A stretch of DNA of 64,000 nt from Lepidodermella squamata (GCA_047495785.1 JBLDXI010000010.1:62001-126000), one strand, 5' to 3'. Counted from the stretch's first letter, positions 23,311-38,562 are shown. Notes: generated by a model not told the origin, from the sequence alone. Numbers and translations are program-made.

Positions 23311-26300
23311 TATTGCACACAATTATAAAAGAAAATTCTATCTATAAACAAGAGAAACAGGGACGTGGTTAAATACATTAAAGGAGGAAGTATGTAAAGG
23401 AAAAAATGCGTAGCTCTAAAAACGCAATAGACCTGGTTTTTTGCTTGTCCCAGCGCAACCGGCAACTGGGAAATATGCCGATTGAGCGCCGGAAATTGGT
23501 GCGATGGGCATTTCAATGCAAACCCGGACGACATACACTCAATGGCGATATAACAGGCTTTTGGGAATTTTACCGTAAAACCAACAAAACGGCAAAAAAG
23601 CGATTTATTCCGCTCGCTTAAAAGTCAGTATTTTTACCAAAATAGTGTTTTAAAAATATTTTTACTGCAGAAAAATTGCGTGGAGAGCGGCGCGCGCAAA
23701 AGCGGTGAAATGACCCGCTTTTGCTTCATCCACTCACTCTCTGTGTCTCATAATGTGCGCGCATAAAAATTCGGAACAAAACGCGCGTGCGCGCAATAAA
23801 ATCGAAATTTTGGCGTTGTCGTCGTCGTCACGCGCAGTATTTTCTTCTATGAATCGACGATCAATCGACGCAATTTAAAAATTTCAAATGTTAAAAATTC
23901 TTCGCTAATACTTCTACCGTGTAAGTAAATAAAGTGGATTGCTGCTTGTTATAAAAACCCATAAACCCATAACAATGTGTGTATGTGAAATGAAACTCTG
24001 CGGCGTAATAACAATAATGCGATATATTAAGGCCAATCTCGGCACAACCCAGAAAAGCCGCCGTCAATTTTCGGGCAGGGGATCAAGACGGACACAGGAA
24101 GCCGGAAGGGGAACGCACGCGCGCGGCCGCGTATTAATAGAGCCTGTTGAACAGCAGCAGCAGCCCTACTAACCCGAGCCGCATAGCCAGGTAAAGAGGG
24201 GGATATTCGGCGTAGTTGCGGAGATTTGAAACTTTAATAGATTTTACTACTAAGTCGCCCTCTCTCGGCATCAGGTATAAAGGAGAGCACGCGCCGCGTG
24301 CACAACAAATCGGAACGTCAAATACATCGGCCATCGAGTGGTCATCTCGTTGTTCACGTTGTTGAAACCTTTATTCGATAAGCAACAACAACAGCGAGGC
24401 TTAAAACGCATCAATTCACCGGCTAATAATAGAAGACGTAAAATTTCCTCGCTATTATACGATACCTAGCAAGCCATGATTTTAGTTATGTCGACGCGGC
24501 AGATGGTCGCAGATGTCCGTAGTATGAAATATCGAAGGCGAATATGAGAAGGCGGAGGGCGGGGATTTCTTGCGAGAGCGGCCGACGCGCGCTCTATTAT
24601 TATCATCATCATTAAAACGACCGAGTTAAGTGAACCCGAAAATACCATTATCCGGTATTACTCTAGCAGCACAATGGCCCTAAATTTTATTATAACGATG
24701 CGAATTTTCAGGCCGGCCCCGGCCACAGGAAGTGCGCGCCCAAAGACGACGCCGGCTTAAGACGCGGCCCGCAATGTCTGTTTCATCGGGATCTTTATTT
24801 TCTAAATAAAGTGCCCGAAATATGGCGATTTCGCAATAAATAATAATAATAATACTAATAATAGAGAGCAGCGATAGATCGCGCGCGTAATCAATCCCAT
24901 TTCGCTGCATTTCTATTTATTATTAGCCGTAAAACTGCGCGTCGCGACTCGCCGACTAGCGCTTGGATTTGACGCGAGCGCGGCAAAATTTGATGGGAAA
25001 TAACGGGAAAATTAGTTGCATTAACATCAGACAATCGACGACAACAACAAGCAACAAATGTCAAGGGCGTAGTAAAAACGTGCCAATATTGACAACGCAT
25101 TCTTAAAATTAGCTGAGATGACATCCTAACACACTATCTCTCAAACACCACGCAATAAAATCAACTATGTCAAATATCAGAAATTAATAAATTAAAAGGT
25201 GGCTACGAAGATATTATTATTATTATTGCAGCTTGTATAGTGTTCGGAAGAAAACCGATAATAAACAACACTTCTAAATTCTAGACAAGGCCGTCCCATG
25301 TCCTGGTCATGCTGGCTAGACAGACACGACACGAAGCGGGTGTGAAAATTTGTGAAAAATAGAAAAAATAACCAACCCATCTATAACTGACAAGTACGGA
25401 CAAATTTTATATCATTAAAGCGAAAATTAGGTTTAACTATAACGAATATTGACATTTTGTCGACGGGATAACCTGATTTCCGTAATGCATCTATACAGCT
25501 CAAGGGACGCGTATACTTAATCTAGAATAATTAGTAGAGATTCTTCAAGGTGCATTCGAATCTGAATAGATAGATATTCGGTTTGAAGGCGAGTGTTATA
25601 AGAAATACCGCGCAATTTTTTACAGAATGATCGATATCGAGCTAAGGCGACAATAAAATATGCGTCCCCGTTTACAGGCAGCTCCGCGTTAAAACCGACG
25701 TGACTCGAGGTGAGTCGCGGCGTGATTGCAAATAAGCATTATTGCAGTGTTATTTTGTTAGTAATATCAATTATCAATTTCTTGTGGACATCGCAACGAC
25801 GGCTGTGCTTGCGCTTGCGTAGTCGGCGGGTGTTGGGTTTCGCGTTTTTGTGAGCACACCCCGTCGCCTAGCACTTTTGCCTGATGCATAGTATAGGTAA
25901 TTTTTCGGCATTTTTCCTCGCAAGAAAGTGTTATAAATAAGGATGTCATTCAACCAAGCTGTAGCTAACGCGAAATTTGATAGCTCAACTAGCTTGGAAC
26001 CCCGACAGTAGGAGAAAAAGAATGAATCATTTGTACTGATAAACAAGACTGAATTTGACGAAGAAGAAGGCTAAATCGGATGTGAACGCGTAAAATGTAG
26101 GTAGACGAAGACTTAGGAGCGGCGAGACGCTGGGCAGTGGGAGTTATCGCACTGCGATGACGCATCAAACCCGATGACGTCCCAAATCCGCTTGTCTCCG
26201 GTAAACTTTAAATTAGGGAAAATAAACACAAAAAGAAATCTACAATATTAAGCTGGACTTTTTATTCTACGCAGATATTTTGAGGTCACAAAAAGTTCGA

Positions 26301-29300
26301 GATTGTCGGGGAATCAATTTTCGGTGCGCACTGTCTTATCATAATGAACCTCTACCAACAACTTTTTTTTAACCTAAAAATAAACCACGCACATGGCCGA
26401 TTAAGCGGACGCACGCAGGGTAAAATTCCATTCGGCTATTCACACGACTAGCTCCGAAAATGGAAACACTGAGAGAAAAAAAGCGAGATTCATTCATGTT
26501 ACTGGTAATAAAATTTGGATGATATTATGAGTGAGACGCGTCAGATAAATTTGTGTTTACCAAGCGCCTTTTGACCGCCCCACCGAAAAACCCGGCGCAG
26601 TTAGAAACGCGCGATTTAGACACGAAATGTAAAGAGAACACGCTGGTATCAGTTGATAATGAGTAGAGTGTAACTCGGACACGACAAAAATCAAGCGGTT
26701 TTTACACACAGAATATCGGGCCAAGACGTGATTTTTGCGAGAAGACGTTGTTGAAAAGTCTACAGAGTCGCGTTGCTGTTTTGCGGCCATCGTGACTGCA
26801 AGGCCGGCGGCGGTGGCGCATTATTATTGGTACGCAGATACATAACGCAGAAAATGTGCACGTCGTCGGCGGTTAAAATTGTTATACCCGCGCCGTCTTC
26901 GTGTGGTCGCGGGTCATCTACCCACAATGATTCATTTTGGCCGGGCCGGAAAAGCTGTGTATGCCGCGGTTCGTATAAATTTTAACGAGGGGCGTCGTCG
27001 TACTAATAGTAGCAGTAGTAGTAAGCAGTGCAGACGTCGGATATACGCAAAATTGCCTGCTCGCACGCGCCCGGTGGGCCGGTAATAAGGGCTTCGTTTC
27101 GTCATCGCGGCCTGTGACAGGCCCAACGCGGAAGACAGCGAGAGAAATAACCCCGTAAACTTTTGCCTAGAACTAATTTTGGCGAAGCAGCAGCCCACCT
27201 GGTGACGGTGTTATATTTGGTTTTCAAGTATCGACCCTTGAAAACGTAGGCAGTACCTATATTACCCACATCGCGCCCACTTATTGTGCGTGAGGCGTTT
27301 GTGTTATATTTGAATTGATGTGAATTTTAAAGGAGCGGGCGCCAGTGACGAAACCATCCGTCCAAATATAGACTAATAATAACAACAACACTGCCGTTGG
27401 GCCCGGCCATTTACCATCAGCGCCGTGTGTCGCCGGCGCCTGATTTAGCACCGCCGGTCACGACACAACAGCAGCCGGCTGTGCCCAAAAACCACCGTGC
27501 GAGCGAGCGAGCGAGTGAACGAAATTACCTAAAAGCCCGCGGGCACCTCCCTGCACGCGCCTATTACCTGAGCGTTTTAATTGCTAGGTCTTAAAATCCG
27601 CGGATTTCAAGCCTTCGCGCGACGGCCGCGATGTCGTAATATATCACATCGCATTATGCAAATTAATTACCGAACGCTGCAGTACAGTATACAGGTCGCT
27701 TTTACTCGGCTGAATCCTTACGGCGACAATCGCGGAACCGCAATAACAACCGTCGCGACGACGCGAAAACCCGGAAAAGCCGTCCGCTAATTACGCCGGG
27801 TCAGCCGAGTGGACATCAAAGTGAAACACCGCGTCCCATTAATCACATAACGCATTATATAAATAAAAAGTAAAATCGATTCGAGACGAAAAATACTTAC
27901 CGAAAAAAGCTATTTACAAATATATATCGATCAACTCAGCTCTTCCAGACGCTTCATTTCAACTACGTGCTATCGAAGCTTTTTTTCTGAAAATTTCAAC
28001 AGAATTAGTGAGTCACTCAATTAGGTGACGCGCGCGTGCGACGGTAAAAAAATCAAATCTCGGTGCGTCTAACACTACTGCTACACTTGGCAACCTACAC
28101 GGGACATTTATCATCATTACAACCAGTGCGATTTTTAATACGGGAAATTAGCGAAAAACAGATGTCACCGGTGCGCCTAACCAGGGTTGACACCGACTTT
28201 GGTGCATAATTGCTAGCGGATAGGTGTGTTACATGAAATGCTATATAAATGCTTACGTATTTCATTAATTAAAAAACGCATAAATGATATCACAGCGGTG
28301 TATTTGTTGTAATAATAATTTGTATATAAACAAACAATAACAAATAATGATGACGAGAGGACACGGCGCCAGAATATGCATGCGGTAATATATTATATAC
28401 ATTTTGTTTTATTACTGCTGTTACAGGTTTTATACCCACCTGCCTAAAACACGAGTAAGGTTTTATCACCCTATTTCGCCCTCATCCGCCGCGCAAGTAC
28501 ATGCATACCGGCTTGTTCGCGCCTTTTTCAAGTCAACCAGCAGTGCGTTATTTTTTTTGTACAATTCACGCGTGCATTTTTATTACGCGCCCACCTGCGG
28601 GGTCGTCAAAAGCAACGTCGTCGTCGGTAATAATTTTCCACGCGAAATATGAAATAAGAACGGAAGCTAAGCCAGACTGAAAAAATTGCCACCTGAAAAT
28701 TTACAGCCGACAATTACTGCAAAATGTCATCGAAATGCCACGATTAATCGAGGCGAATTTCGATGACATAATCGAATGATACGTGAGAGTTACGCGGTTA
28801 AGAATAAACAAACGAGGCGGAAAAAATGGGCGTGATTTTCACGTAATTTGGTCGAAAATTCGCGGTTTTTTCACGCGGTTAGAAAAACGGGTTTTGACCG
28901 GACAGAAATCCATGTCTTAATACAGGTAAAATCTCACCGTCAAATTTAATTACCCGAATAATTTCACGAAAAATGTATTACAAATTCCTATAAATTTACT
29001 GATATATTTAAAGACCCCGGATATAAATGGGCAAAAATTCTAGCAATATTTGGAGACGAAATATCAAGGTTGAATAAAAGCATGTGCATTTCCCATAAAA
29101 AATAGAGAAATTAAAAGGCGTTTTAAGCTATGATTGCAAACTGGTCCGAAAGTAGAACAATAGGTCCGCCTGAAATTCAAGTTTTTGCTACAGCTGGCGG
29201 TCTCCAAACCATTCAACGTGACCGGAAAAAAAAATCGCACACGAGGCACAGACGGGCACAGAACAATCGGAGTTGAACAGACACGCGCGAGATCAAAAAG

Positions 29301-30453
29301 ACCGAAAAATTGGCCTTTGATAGGGAAGCTGTTGTAAAAGTAGGATACTTCCGCAGACATTGCAAATAAATTTAGCTTGGAACGGAAAGTATGAGTTGAA
29401 GCGAGGAAGTTCTAATAGAATTTCAAGGAAATGATCTTCCCACTCTAAACCAAGTGCAAGAAATTAATATAATGAGAATAAAGCAGGAATGGTGCGTTAT
29501 GAGCCCTTATTTGAGAACCCTTGCGTTCCTGATGAAAATGATGAATTTAACAAAATTTCCCTGTTACTAATGGTATTTGATTTGCATTATATGGTTGTGA
29601 GCGGAAAAAATTAATTTCTAAATTGGCACTAATCAGACATTTTTGAGAGAACGTGCGACTGTCGTAATATAATGGTTTCAATTTTTTGCCGAATCACAGA
29701 CATTGCAAAAAGTGCGAGCAATTGTTGTAAGAAAAACCGCGCTTTGACTGCAAAGGCCACGAGCTAAATCTATTTCCGTCCATCCCGGGCACGCGATGGG
29801 TCACAGGTGCTACGATGGAAGAAATAAGCCTGCCAAGTGCGCACCAGTAAAAACCAGTTTTTTAGATCATTCGGACAAGTTGCTGGCTATAGATTCGATT
29901 CAGGAATTTGTTCTTGCTACTGATACAAAACACATAACGGATAGACTGAATTATTGGGCATAATTTTTTTCGAAGGCTATTTTTGGAAAATAAAAAGCTC
30001 AATTTGCTAAGATTGCTTCCGAGTGGTCTTAATAGTTTTGGAGGGGAACCTGAGCTCTACTTCGGCTCTTTCTTTTTGGCAGTGACATTATTATAATTTT
30101 AATTGACGTGAAAGAGTGATTCACAAGACTTGATTACATTACAAAAAACGGAACAATTTTAGGTAGAATATTGTGGAATCTTAATAATGCGTTTTTTGTA
30201 CAACAAATTGAAGACATCCTAATCGCTACAAGGTCAACGTTAAAAATAGCGGAGTGTTGAAGGTTTGAAGACAGATTCGACACGTCAATTACACGCTAAT
30301 TGGGCAAAAATTGTACACGGGTATCAAATTTAAAACAGGATGGCTGAAAGCGCGAGGAGGTTTCGACGAACACTACTGGGATATGTAATATCTGGAGAAG
30401 GCTTAAGAAGAAAATGTTCAATAAATTGAACCCAAGTTTTTACTTGGATACAG

Positions 30454-30476
30454 GTGAGAGAGAGAGAGAGAGAGAG
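30454..30476 (+). repeat. (GA)n microsatellite
   Basis: gagagagagagagagagagag. Confidence 0.9.
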
Positions 30477-32345
30477 CACCCGCGGCCTACGCGTGGTGGC
30501 GGGATCGCGCGGCGCGGGAATGGAATGCGCCTAAATTTTGGTTAACACAAATAAACAGGCGTTATTACACCCAAGTTATATTACTTATTACGTCAAACGC
30601 ACCTGTGTATAATATTAAGCAGATAATATTAGCGCATACCAGGCGTTAAGGTGCGTACACCGGCGCGTTCAAATTTAGTCTACAACAAAATGAAGAAAAA
30701 ACCGTGTCAAGACTCGAAGTTTCCCCGAAAATGCTCGTTTTTTTGTGCTCTCCCTGCGCGACACATAAAACAACGTGTACACCCCAATGCCGGTGAGGAA
30801 TTTTTTAAACGTAGTAGTAGTCACTTTTCAACGGTTGTTTAAGCTCTGCTGCTGCTTTGGCGCCGGTGTGTTGCATGCATGTGGGTTATATAATATAAGG
30901 TGAATTGGCGGAGCCGCAGCAATAAACAACAATATTAATAGTGATATTTATTTTAGAAAAAATAACTGGGCGGCCGAAAATGTACCGAACAGGTAATTCG
31001 CCGCTAAGCCGCCAGGCGGAGGCGGCGTTATAAGGGCTCTATTGGTTTTTGGTTGACAAAATTCATGTGGCGGTTATATTACAGTTTTTGCACCTTGGGA
31101 ACGATGAAATTCTACTTTTAGACACCTCAAGTATTAAATAACTGGGTGATGAAAAAAGTTACATTTTGATCTTTGTAAATGACAACTAAACATTCGATAT
31201 ACAGAAAGTTGCATGTTACATCCGACTACAAATAATAGGAAAGAGGATCTAAAATGAATTACACTTGGCAAGTTTAGAAATTAATTCTCGAGAAACTATT
31301 TCGAATGCCTTTCCACGCTTCCTTAGCAGCGTACTTTATTCAGCACTGTCTGGAATAGAAAAGCAGACGGGAGTGTTAGGTTTCTCGAAGCTAACTATAC
31401 CCGGCGCGGATGAGAGAAGTGCATTTTCGAACATATGAAAAACCACGCATCCTGAATTCGCGCAAACGTCGGAGGGTGATATTGAATCACAGAGGCATAA
31501 TTAACCGGACACTATGTATAGCAGCTGTAATAAGAAGCAACACTGAAAAAGTTTTTCGCGCTTGAATAAAACTCCTGGGCAATTATGTTAATTCGCGGAA
31601 AAATTGTCTCAAATCACCTACGCCTATAATTACATTGAACATTAGTTACAACTGCTATACGTTCAAAATATTAACTCACCAAGTCAATTTTTAACTCAAT
31701 TTAAGATAGTTACGTCAAACTATATTTTTTGCATGCGGCAGATAATTTTTTCTCTGTGCTAATTATTAGCAATTAAAAAAATGAGGTAAAAATATATGTG
31801 TGCAGTTGAACTTTTTATTATTATCGAAAATCATTAATAACACGTGTCTATTCCTGGGTTAAAAATAAGTACCGATGTCCACATTCGCTGTGGACTTTAC
31901 CCGAAAAGTGCTATTTTAACAGAAAAACACACCGACTGCACGTCTGCGGCTTTTTTTATTTCATTCTGTTTCTATTTTCGACTGAAAAAAATCTACCATC
32001 AATTTTTCGATATCAGTATATATAATCAGCGTCATGACTGAAGTTACAAAAAAATAAAGCGACAATGATAAAAGTCAGCATATTGTCCAAAAAATAGTTC
32101 AGCGACACGGCAAATACAGGGGAAAAAGCTAAAGGAAGCAAACGTCTGCTGGCTTGAAAGATGAATCGTGTTAATTTCTTTTTTTTTATAAATTCAGCAA
32201 AAATATACTCAAATATCAGCAGGGATAAGATTTGTACAAAATGTAGAAAAAACAGCAGGAAACCGGTATCATACGATCGGTAGCTCTACACAAAACAGTC
32301 AAGCAGGAGAAAATTGTCAACTAAAGATTTTAGGTAGAAATGGGA

Positions 32346-35300
32346 TCAAACGTCGTAAGAATCTGCTAGTAGCCTCGCGGCGACGAGATAGCGCAGTTGA
32401 GGCGCTAACAAATGGCGGTAAAGAAGCCGCACAGTGGCACCTTGTGAACGGCCCCAGACGGACAGCACGGCCTCGCCTGGGTTCGGCATCGATTCCGCGT
32501 ACCAGTCTTCGATTTGAGGCAACGAAATGCCAACCCGCTCGGCTAATCTGGAAAATAAATCAGAAAATTCAAACTCAACTCGTAGCGAAGCTAAATTCGC
32601 ATGAGGCGGTTCAAAACCCAAAATTTTTACCAATCAACGGTTTTTTCAATTTTTTCAAAAAATAAAATGTTGAGAAAAATTAATTTTAAATTTAAATAAT
32701 TCGAAATTTCAAAATTTATTTTGAATTTTAATAATTTTAAATTTCCTCAATTTTCCCAATTTACGGAAACCGGACCTCTGAAACACCAGAATGCATTTTA
32801 TTGTCCAAATCAGACCATTGAACCATTTACCGTTTCAGATCCGTGTCATTTCACGTACTTCGGACGTATATACTTATAGATTGTACGTGTGTTTAAGAAA
32901 AGTCGAGAGCCTAGGAAATTCCACAGACAGAACTCGCAACGAGGCCAAGTCGAATTAGGTTCACATTTTGAACTAATTGAAACTGATTTCTCGTCACAGA
33001 CACATGGATTAATTTTAACCGTAAATTGAGGCAAACGTGATTATTAGGACATCAAAACGTCAAAAATCGCACTACAACAACGGTGGAAAAACTTGTCCTG
33101 AATTTTTTTCCTAGATTAAGCCGGATCTATCTCACAAGGTGGGTTGATCCAATTAATTGTCCTAATTAACGAAAATGAGGGTGTACAATTCTATGAATAA
33201 TTTGTTCTGGAAAAACACTACAAAGGCCTTAGTTGTCCTTATCGTCGCAGAGTAAGGACACGAGATAATTGGGATTCTAATTTTTCAGCTTTGACAATTT
33301 ATACCTAGATGTAATTGCGCAAGACCCGAATACCTGTCATTTCGAATCAGATCATGTCTTCGTAGCCCGTTAACGCAAAAACTAAGCCTGCTATTTTGAT
33401 ATTTTAGAAATGGCGTAGCTTACAGTCTCCAATCAGCCCGATTAGGCTTTTCGACGTTTAGTTCAGCGACAATTGCGTGGCGAAGTTCGCGCGACAACAT
33501 GCTAATATGCGTGTCGCCGGGCAGTTTTCGAGGCAAATCTAGATCGTGATACGTCGCGGCGCGGATGTAGTCGCCGATGGGCGCCATTGACGTCGGCGGC
33601 GCCTCGGAAACATGCGATAGCACCAGCGAGGCGGATGTTGTATCGGCTGAGGATGGGCGTTTGTCGAACGGCGGGTCGTAGTAGTCTGGCCGCACGTTGT
33701 ACGCATCTGACGCGGCTTGTTCGTACCGACCGAGATCTGAAAAATAAAAACAAAATTAGATGAAAATTAAAATTAAAATTAAAATAAAACAAATGAAATA
33801 GAATAAACTACAAATAGGTATCATCGATGGGCTAATTTTCCTATAGACTTGGCGGGTTTCATTAGCCCATCGACGATATTTAGAAAAATAAGTTCAATAA
33901 AAGTGGCTTTTGTTTATCGATTTTCAAGTATTTTTCTAGAATCGATGTCCCCAGGTAAAAAAAAACAATGCAAAAAAACGACAGAATTTAATGCGAAAAG
34001 TTTTACTCAAATGCTACGGTGGACGACTTAGCAGATGTTTTGAGAATATCCAATGCTAGCCAATCATTGAAATAGCTGGTCCCGGCCTTGGAACCGGTTC
34101 CATCTTGAAGAATTGGAAAGAATTTCCTAGGCTTTTCTAAAAGTTTTTGTCAGATTTTCGCAATAAAATTCACCTGATACCTATATTCCTAATTCACTTC
34201 AAACTGAAGTCTTCAAGTTTCTCCTTATAAAAAGATTTTTCAAATTTGCTTCTTTTGCGGGGAGATAATTATTGAACTTCATGGAAGAGTAGCGAAATTC
34301 CACTTTTGCACCTTTTTACCGAAAATTTGTTTGAAGCATAGAGAGACATATTTTTCTTTATGGCTTGACGATTCTAAATTTCTTCGAATTCTTGCTTCGT
34401 CGCGATTTTCAGTAGGCAAATCGCATTTCGAGAGCCCTGAAACAAAAGCCTAGCTATTTCCTTAGCCAGCAAAACAGCAAGGGAATAAATTTAGAGGGAA
34501 CCTGTAATTTTCAACATTTTCCCCATAGGTTCATTTCTGGGGGCTTTTCATTCAATTAATTTAATTTTATAAATGATCCTTCAAAAACCAAGGTTTGGGA
34601 CAGGCAATTAGGCTGCATGAAAAATCAAAGAATTTCGTGAGAATAGTCGCGAAATGGTTTTTTAATCTCGTTTCCTATCTACAGTGAAAGTTTCTAAACC
34701 GTACTCGGGCAAAATGGTCCGGTTTAGGGAAAGTCCGGTTTAGACATTAAATTTCACATGTACATGTACGAGTCCATGTTTCGAGCCAACGGAAGTGGCC
34801 CGGTTTAGACCGGTGCGGATTAAACTACAACGTTTACTGTATTTTTCATTTTTCGTCAAAGTCAATTAACTTTACCTGTATCAAATATTTTCCGTCTCAC
34901 TTCTTCGAGGCGTTGTTTAACCATGAACATAGTATTACACGAATTTATTTCTTCGACGCCGGCCTGATAGACGAGGGTTAGCCGTAGAAGATCGGCTATT
35001 TGAAGGCTCTGCTGCGACAGCCTAGTCTCAAGTTCTTCAATCCTCTGCTCCAACTTGTCCATCATCAATTTATCTCGCAATTTATACATACGCGATACGA
35101 GCTCAGTCAAGCAATCGATAGTCAACGACAGCGGATCGGTGTTAGGGCCGATGTCGAATTGCTCTAGGTCGCGGCCATTTGCGTTCTCGACAATTTTCTT
35201 CGACACAATGCGCAATTTGTCTTTCAACGCATCGACTTCGGTCTGAGCGGCTGCTAGCTTGCCGTTGGCAACCACGAGATCAGCCTCCGCATCGGCTAGC

Positions 35301-35353
35301 GTGCGCTTTTTCGGCTTTCCTTTCTTAGCCGAACCTTTACGCGCCACCGGCAT
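32346..35353 (-). CDS. Coiled-coil plus C-terminal death-domain protein
   Basis: Exons 35353-34876, 33736-33424 and 32547-32346 splice in frame; ADWRLLAERVG...NPGEAVLSVWGRSQGATVRLL is a death-fold signature. Confidence 0.85.
34682..34839. mobile_element. Tc1/mariner-pogo-type MITE in an intron
   Basis: TA|CAGT...ACTG|TA termini; internal CCGGTTTAG repeats. Confidence 0.6.
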
Positions 35354-35452
35354 TAATTATTCAAATCAGCAAAAAAAATAATACCTAAATTAAAAATTAA
35401 TACATGTCAATCATATTAGGTTCAGTTCATTTTTTTTTATTTTTTTTTATTA

Positions 35453-38283
35453 TTATTTTGAAAGGACTAGTCGCAAAAGTGGAGCAACTGATAGCGAACT
35501 GAGATCGGCGAGGGCTGCCTCGGCGTCGGCAGGCGAGACAATTCGCAGGAGATTGCTACGGCGGTAGTAGAAAATTGCTACGGCAAAGAGCGGTAGAATG
35601 TCGAGGCTGTCGAAGGCGATGAGCCGGTCCCACAATATGAGCGTCTGGTCCGAACTCAACACATCGGCGAAGCCTCGCATCAGCCACTTGAAAGCGATTC
35701 TTAACGGGTGCTGCGGTAAATAAAAAATGAAAAAAACGTGATAAAAAATCACTTAAAACCCGGACATATCTAGTTAGGGCAGACCGTCATAACAGCAAAT
35801 TCCCAAAACAGCAAACGCGACATACAGCAAATTTTTCTACTTGCGACATAACAGCAGAAACACAATGCCTATTTTACATAGTAAGTTTTCGCTGTTCTGT
35901 CGCAAAAAAATTGCTGTTTTGTCGCACTCGCTGTTTTGCGCAGTTGCTGTTTTGTCGTCGCACCCTAGTCGAAAAATGCTTACTGCGACTTTATTTACTA
36001 TTTTTAAATTATTAAATTTTTTGATTTGTTTTGCCTTGTCGTTTTGCTATTTTATCGTTTCTCCAAAGCCCTTGCTTACCTATTTTTTTCGCTGCGCAAT
36101 TTTTGTGGTACTATTTTTAGAAGGCGAAAAAACCAGAACATAAAAAATGGTTAGCTTTTTAGAACGCGCCAACGTCCAATTTTTCGGCGCTTCTTGGCAT
36201 AGCCTCAAAGAGACCTAAAAAATGTAAACATAAACATGTTCTACTAACCTAAATTCAACCTTTAGTTAACCTGAATTTTTTTAACCCAACAGATGGTCAA
36301 ATTAACGGGTCAAAATTTGACGCATCAAGTTCAAATTGGCAATCCAAAAATAGCTAAATACCGCAACTCCGTAAACAAGTTGTTTGTCGTTTTTAATTAT
36401 GTTCGGACATCTTTAGCTATTGGGAGGTCGCTATTTTTAGAATGCGAAAAATCAGAAGCATTCACTTTCTGGGACACACCCGCCAGGTCTTATTTTCGAT
36501 GCTGTTTGGTCCAGCCTCAAAAGAGGCCCGAAAAATAATGAAAACATAAACATGTTTTGGTAACCGAATGAATCGTGTGTGCCGATGTCGCCAATAAATG
36601 GTCGAATTACGTTAAAATTTGACCCATTGGTGGGTAAAGTTCAAACTGGCAACCCAAAAATAGCTAAAAACCGTGACTCACCAAAATGTTGTTGTTTTTT
36701 AGTTGATTTTCGGGTATTTTTAGTTAATTTCGGCTTGCCACGTGTTAGTATAGTTTTTATTTTCCTTGTTCCCCGACGTTAATTCTGAAATCGTGCTAAA
36801 CTTTTAGCGCGAAAACAAGAAAAAAATAATGAATTGCAAATAAGCTCGGAAATTGAGGTTGATCAAAATATCGACGTCTTGAACCTACCAGTCCAATATT
36901 AGCCAAATGTATTGCCAGCTGCGGGTCTCGTTCCAGCAACAAATGTTCAAATTGATGCGCTAACGATAGAATAGATCTAGAATGCGACGCTACAGCGATG
37001 AGATTCGAGAAATAGCGCGTGTAAAGCTCTCGGAACAGGTAATACAATTCGACCGGGTCATCGGTGACGTAACACAACGGTGCGACAAGCATTGAGAAAG
37101 CGTGAAAGGGAAGCACGCCGGCGGGCGGGTAAATAACTTCATAATCAGCCTGGCCCAATCGCCCGCTCGTGTAAGAATGCGGCAAAACATGGCCAGATCT
37201 TCTGAGATTTTCAGCCACCCTAAAATTCAGAAAATTTAGTAAAAATTCGAAAAATTGCGAATTACCATACCTTGTATCTCGGATGAATGGGAAAATTACT
37301 TGGTAGATGTAGTCTTCGAAAACAAAATACTGAGGGCTGTTCGAAACGGTTTGCTTGACGTCTTTGTACAAAACGTAGTCGAGCAGTAAGTCGTAATCAG
37401 CCACGGCTGTTTTCAATTGTTCATAGTACTGATATTTGAAGCTATCTATCGAATGAACACCAAGTAGCAGTAACCAGGCTGAACGGCGCAATGAAGGCGG
37501 GCAGCCACATGTTCGCAGCAATGTAGCTGATTTTGTTGCATTTCCAGAATGCAGCGTTGCCTTCACGCCGGCCATAGCCGCAACTAGCGATGGAGCTGTT
37601 GGAGGCAGAGCCGCGTCGTCAATTCCGAATTCTACATACGTCTGCCCGATGGGTGGTCGAAACTTCTCTCGAAGTTCATCCAAGCTCAAAACTGGCAGAT
37701 TTAGCTTGATTAAAATCATTCGATTCAAAAAATCATTGCAATTTCCACCGACAGCTCCAGGTATTGTTATAGTAGCAGTATTTGTGTTGTTATTCGAAGA
37801 CATTTCAATCGTAGAAACAACCTCCAACAAATCTCTAGCGCCGTAAATTGGCTTTATACCTTGCAGTTCTGTCCTCCCTTCCGTTATGACAGATTCTTCA
37901 CTGCTCATTTCAGTCCAGTGGTCGAGTAGGTGTCGACGAGATTTTTCCGAGCGACGTTTTGACAAGAATAAATTCAATTCCGAACACATTGAATTGATAC
38001 TGCGAACTATTCGCCGTTGCCAGTTTGTTTGAGCCTGTTTGACTGTTGACAACTCCTCGCCGCTTGGATTTTGATACGACCATTTCTGCTTGTACTCGAG
38101 GATCAAATTGTGAATTTGGTTGACAACATTCTCCTTCGAAAGCAGAACCTCGAGAAGATTGTCGTAAAGTTTGCTAGGATCGCAAACTGCTTTACCGGCT
38201 TCTTTTTCGATTATTTGAAGTAATTCGTAGTAAAGATCGGTGTTTTGCATGTATTTCATAATCTCTTCCGCTGTCATCGCCAT
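35453..38283 (-). CDS. TBC1D19: TBC1 domain family member 19 (Rab-GAP)
   Basis: WQRRIVRSINSMCSELN, YFVFEDYIYQV, YPPAGVLPFHAFSM and PLRIAFKWLMR...LWDRL motifs; exons ~38283-37271, ~37218-36888 and ~35710-35453. Confidence 0.9.
35777..35965. mobile_element. Small MITE in the TBC1D19 intron
   Basis: TA|GGG...CCC|TA ends; AACAGCA repeats on the left and TGCTGTT repeats on the right. Confidence 0.5.
36140..36760. repeat. Diverged ~310-bp tandem duplication in the TBC1D19 intron
   Basis: AGCCTCAAA..AAACATAAACATGTT..AAGTTCAAA.TGGCAA.CCAAAAATAGCTAAA occurs at ~36201 and ~36513. Confidence 0.7.
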
Positions 38284-38562
38284 AATGACACCTCTTAGCT
38301 GATTGCGAACAAGAAGCAGAAGCACTACATTTTAAACATGAGTAATTCGAAGATCTAAAACAACGAGAAAATATATTTTTCAGATCGCATCATCAAATTA
38401 TTGTTTCCCAGAAATTTCTTTGTTGAAATGAGTATATAAAACTATTCAGCAGGTTTCATGAACATTTTGATTGGCTATACGAAGTTTCACAGTCAAGAAA
38501 GATAAATAAAAAATTTCATAAGCACTATCACGAATAAAAATAAAGAACAAGCCGAGAAAAAG

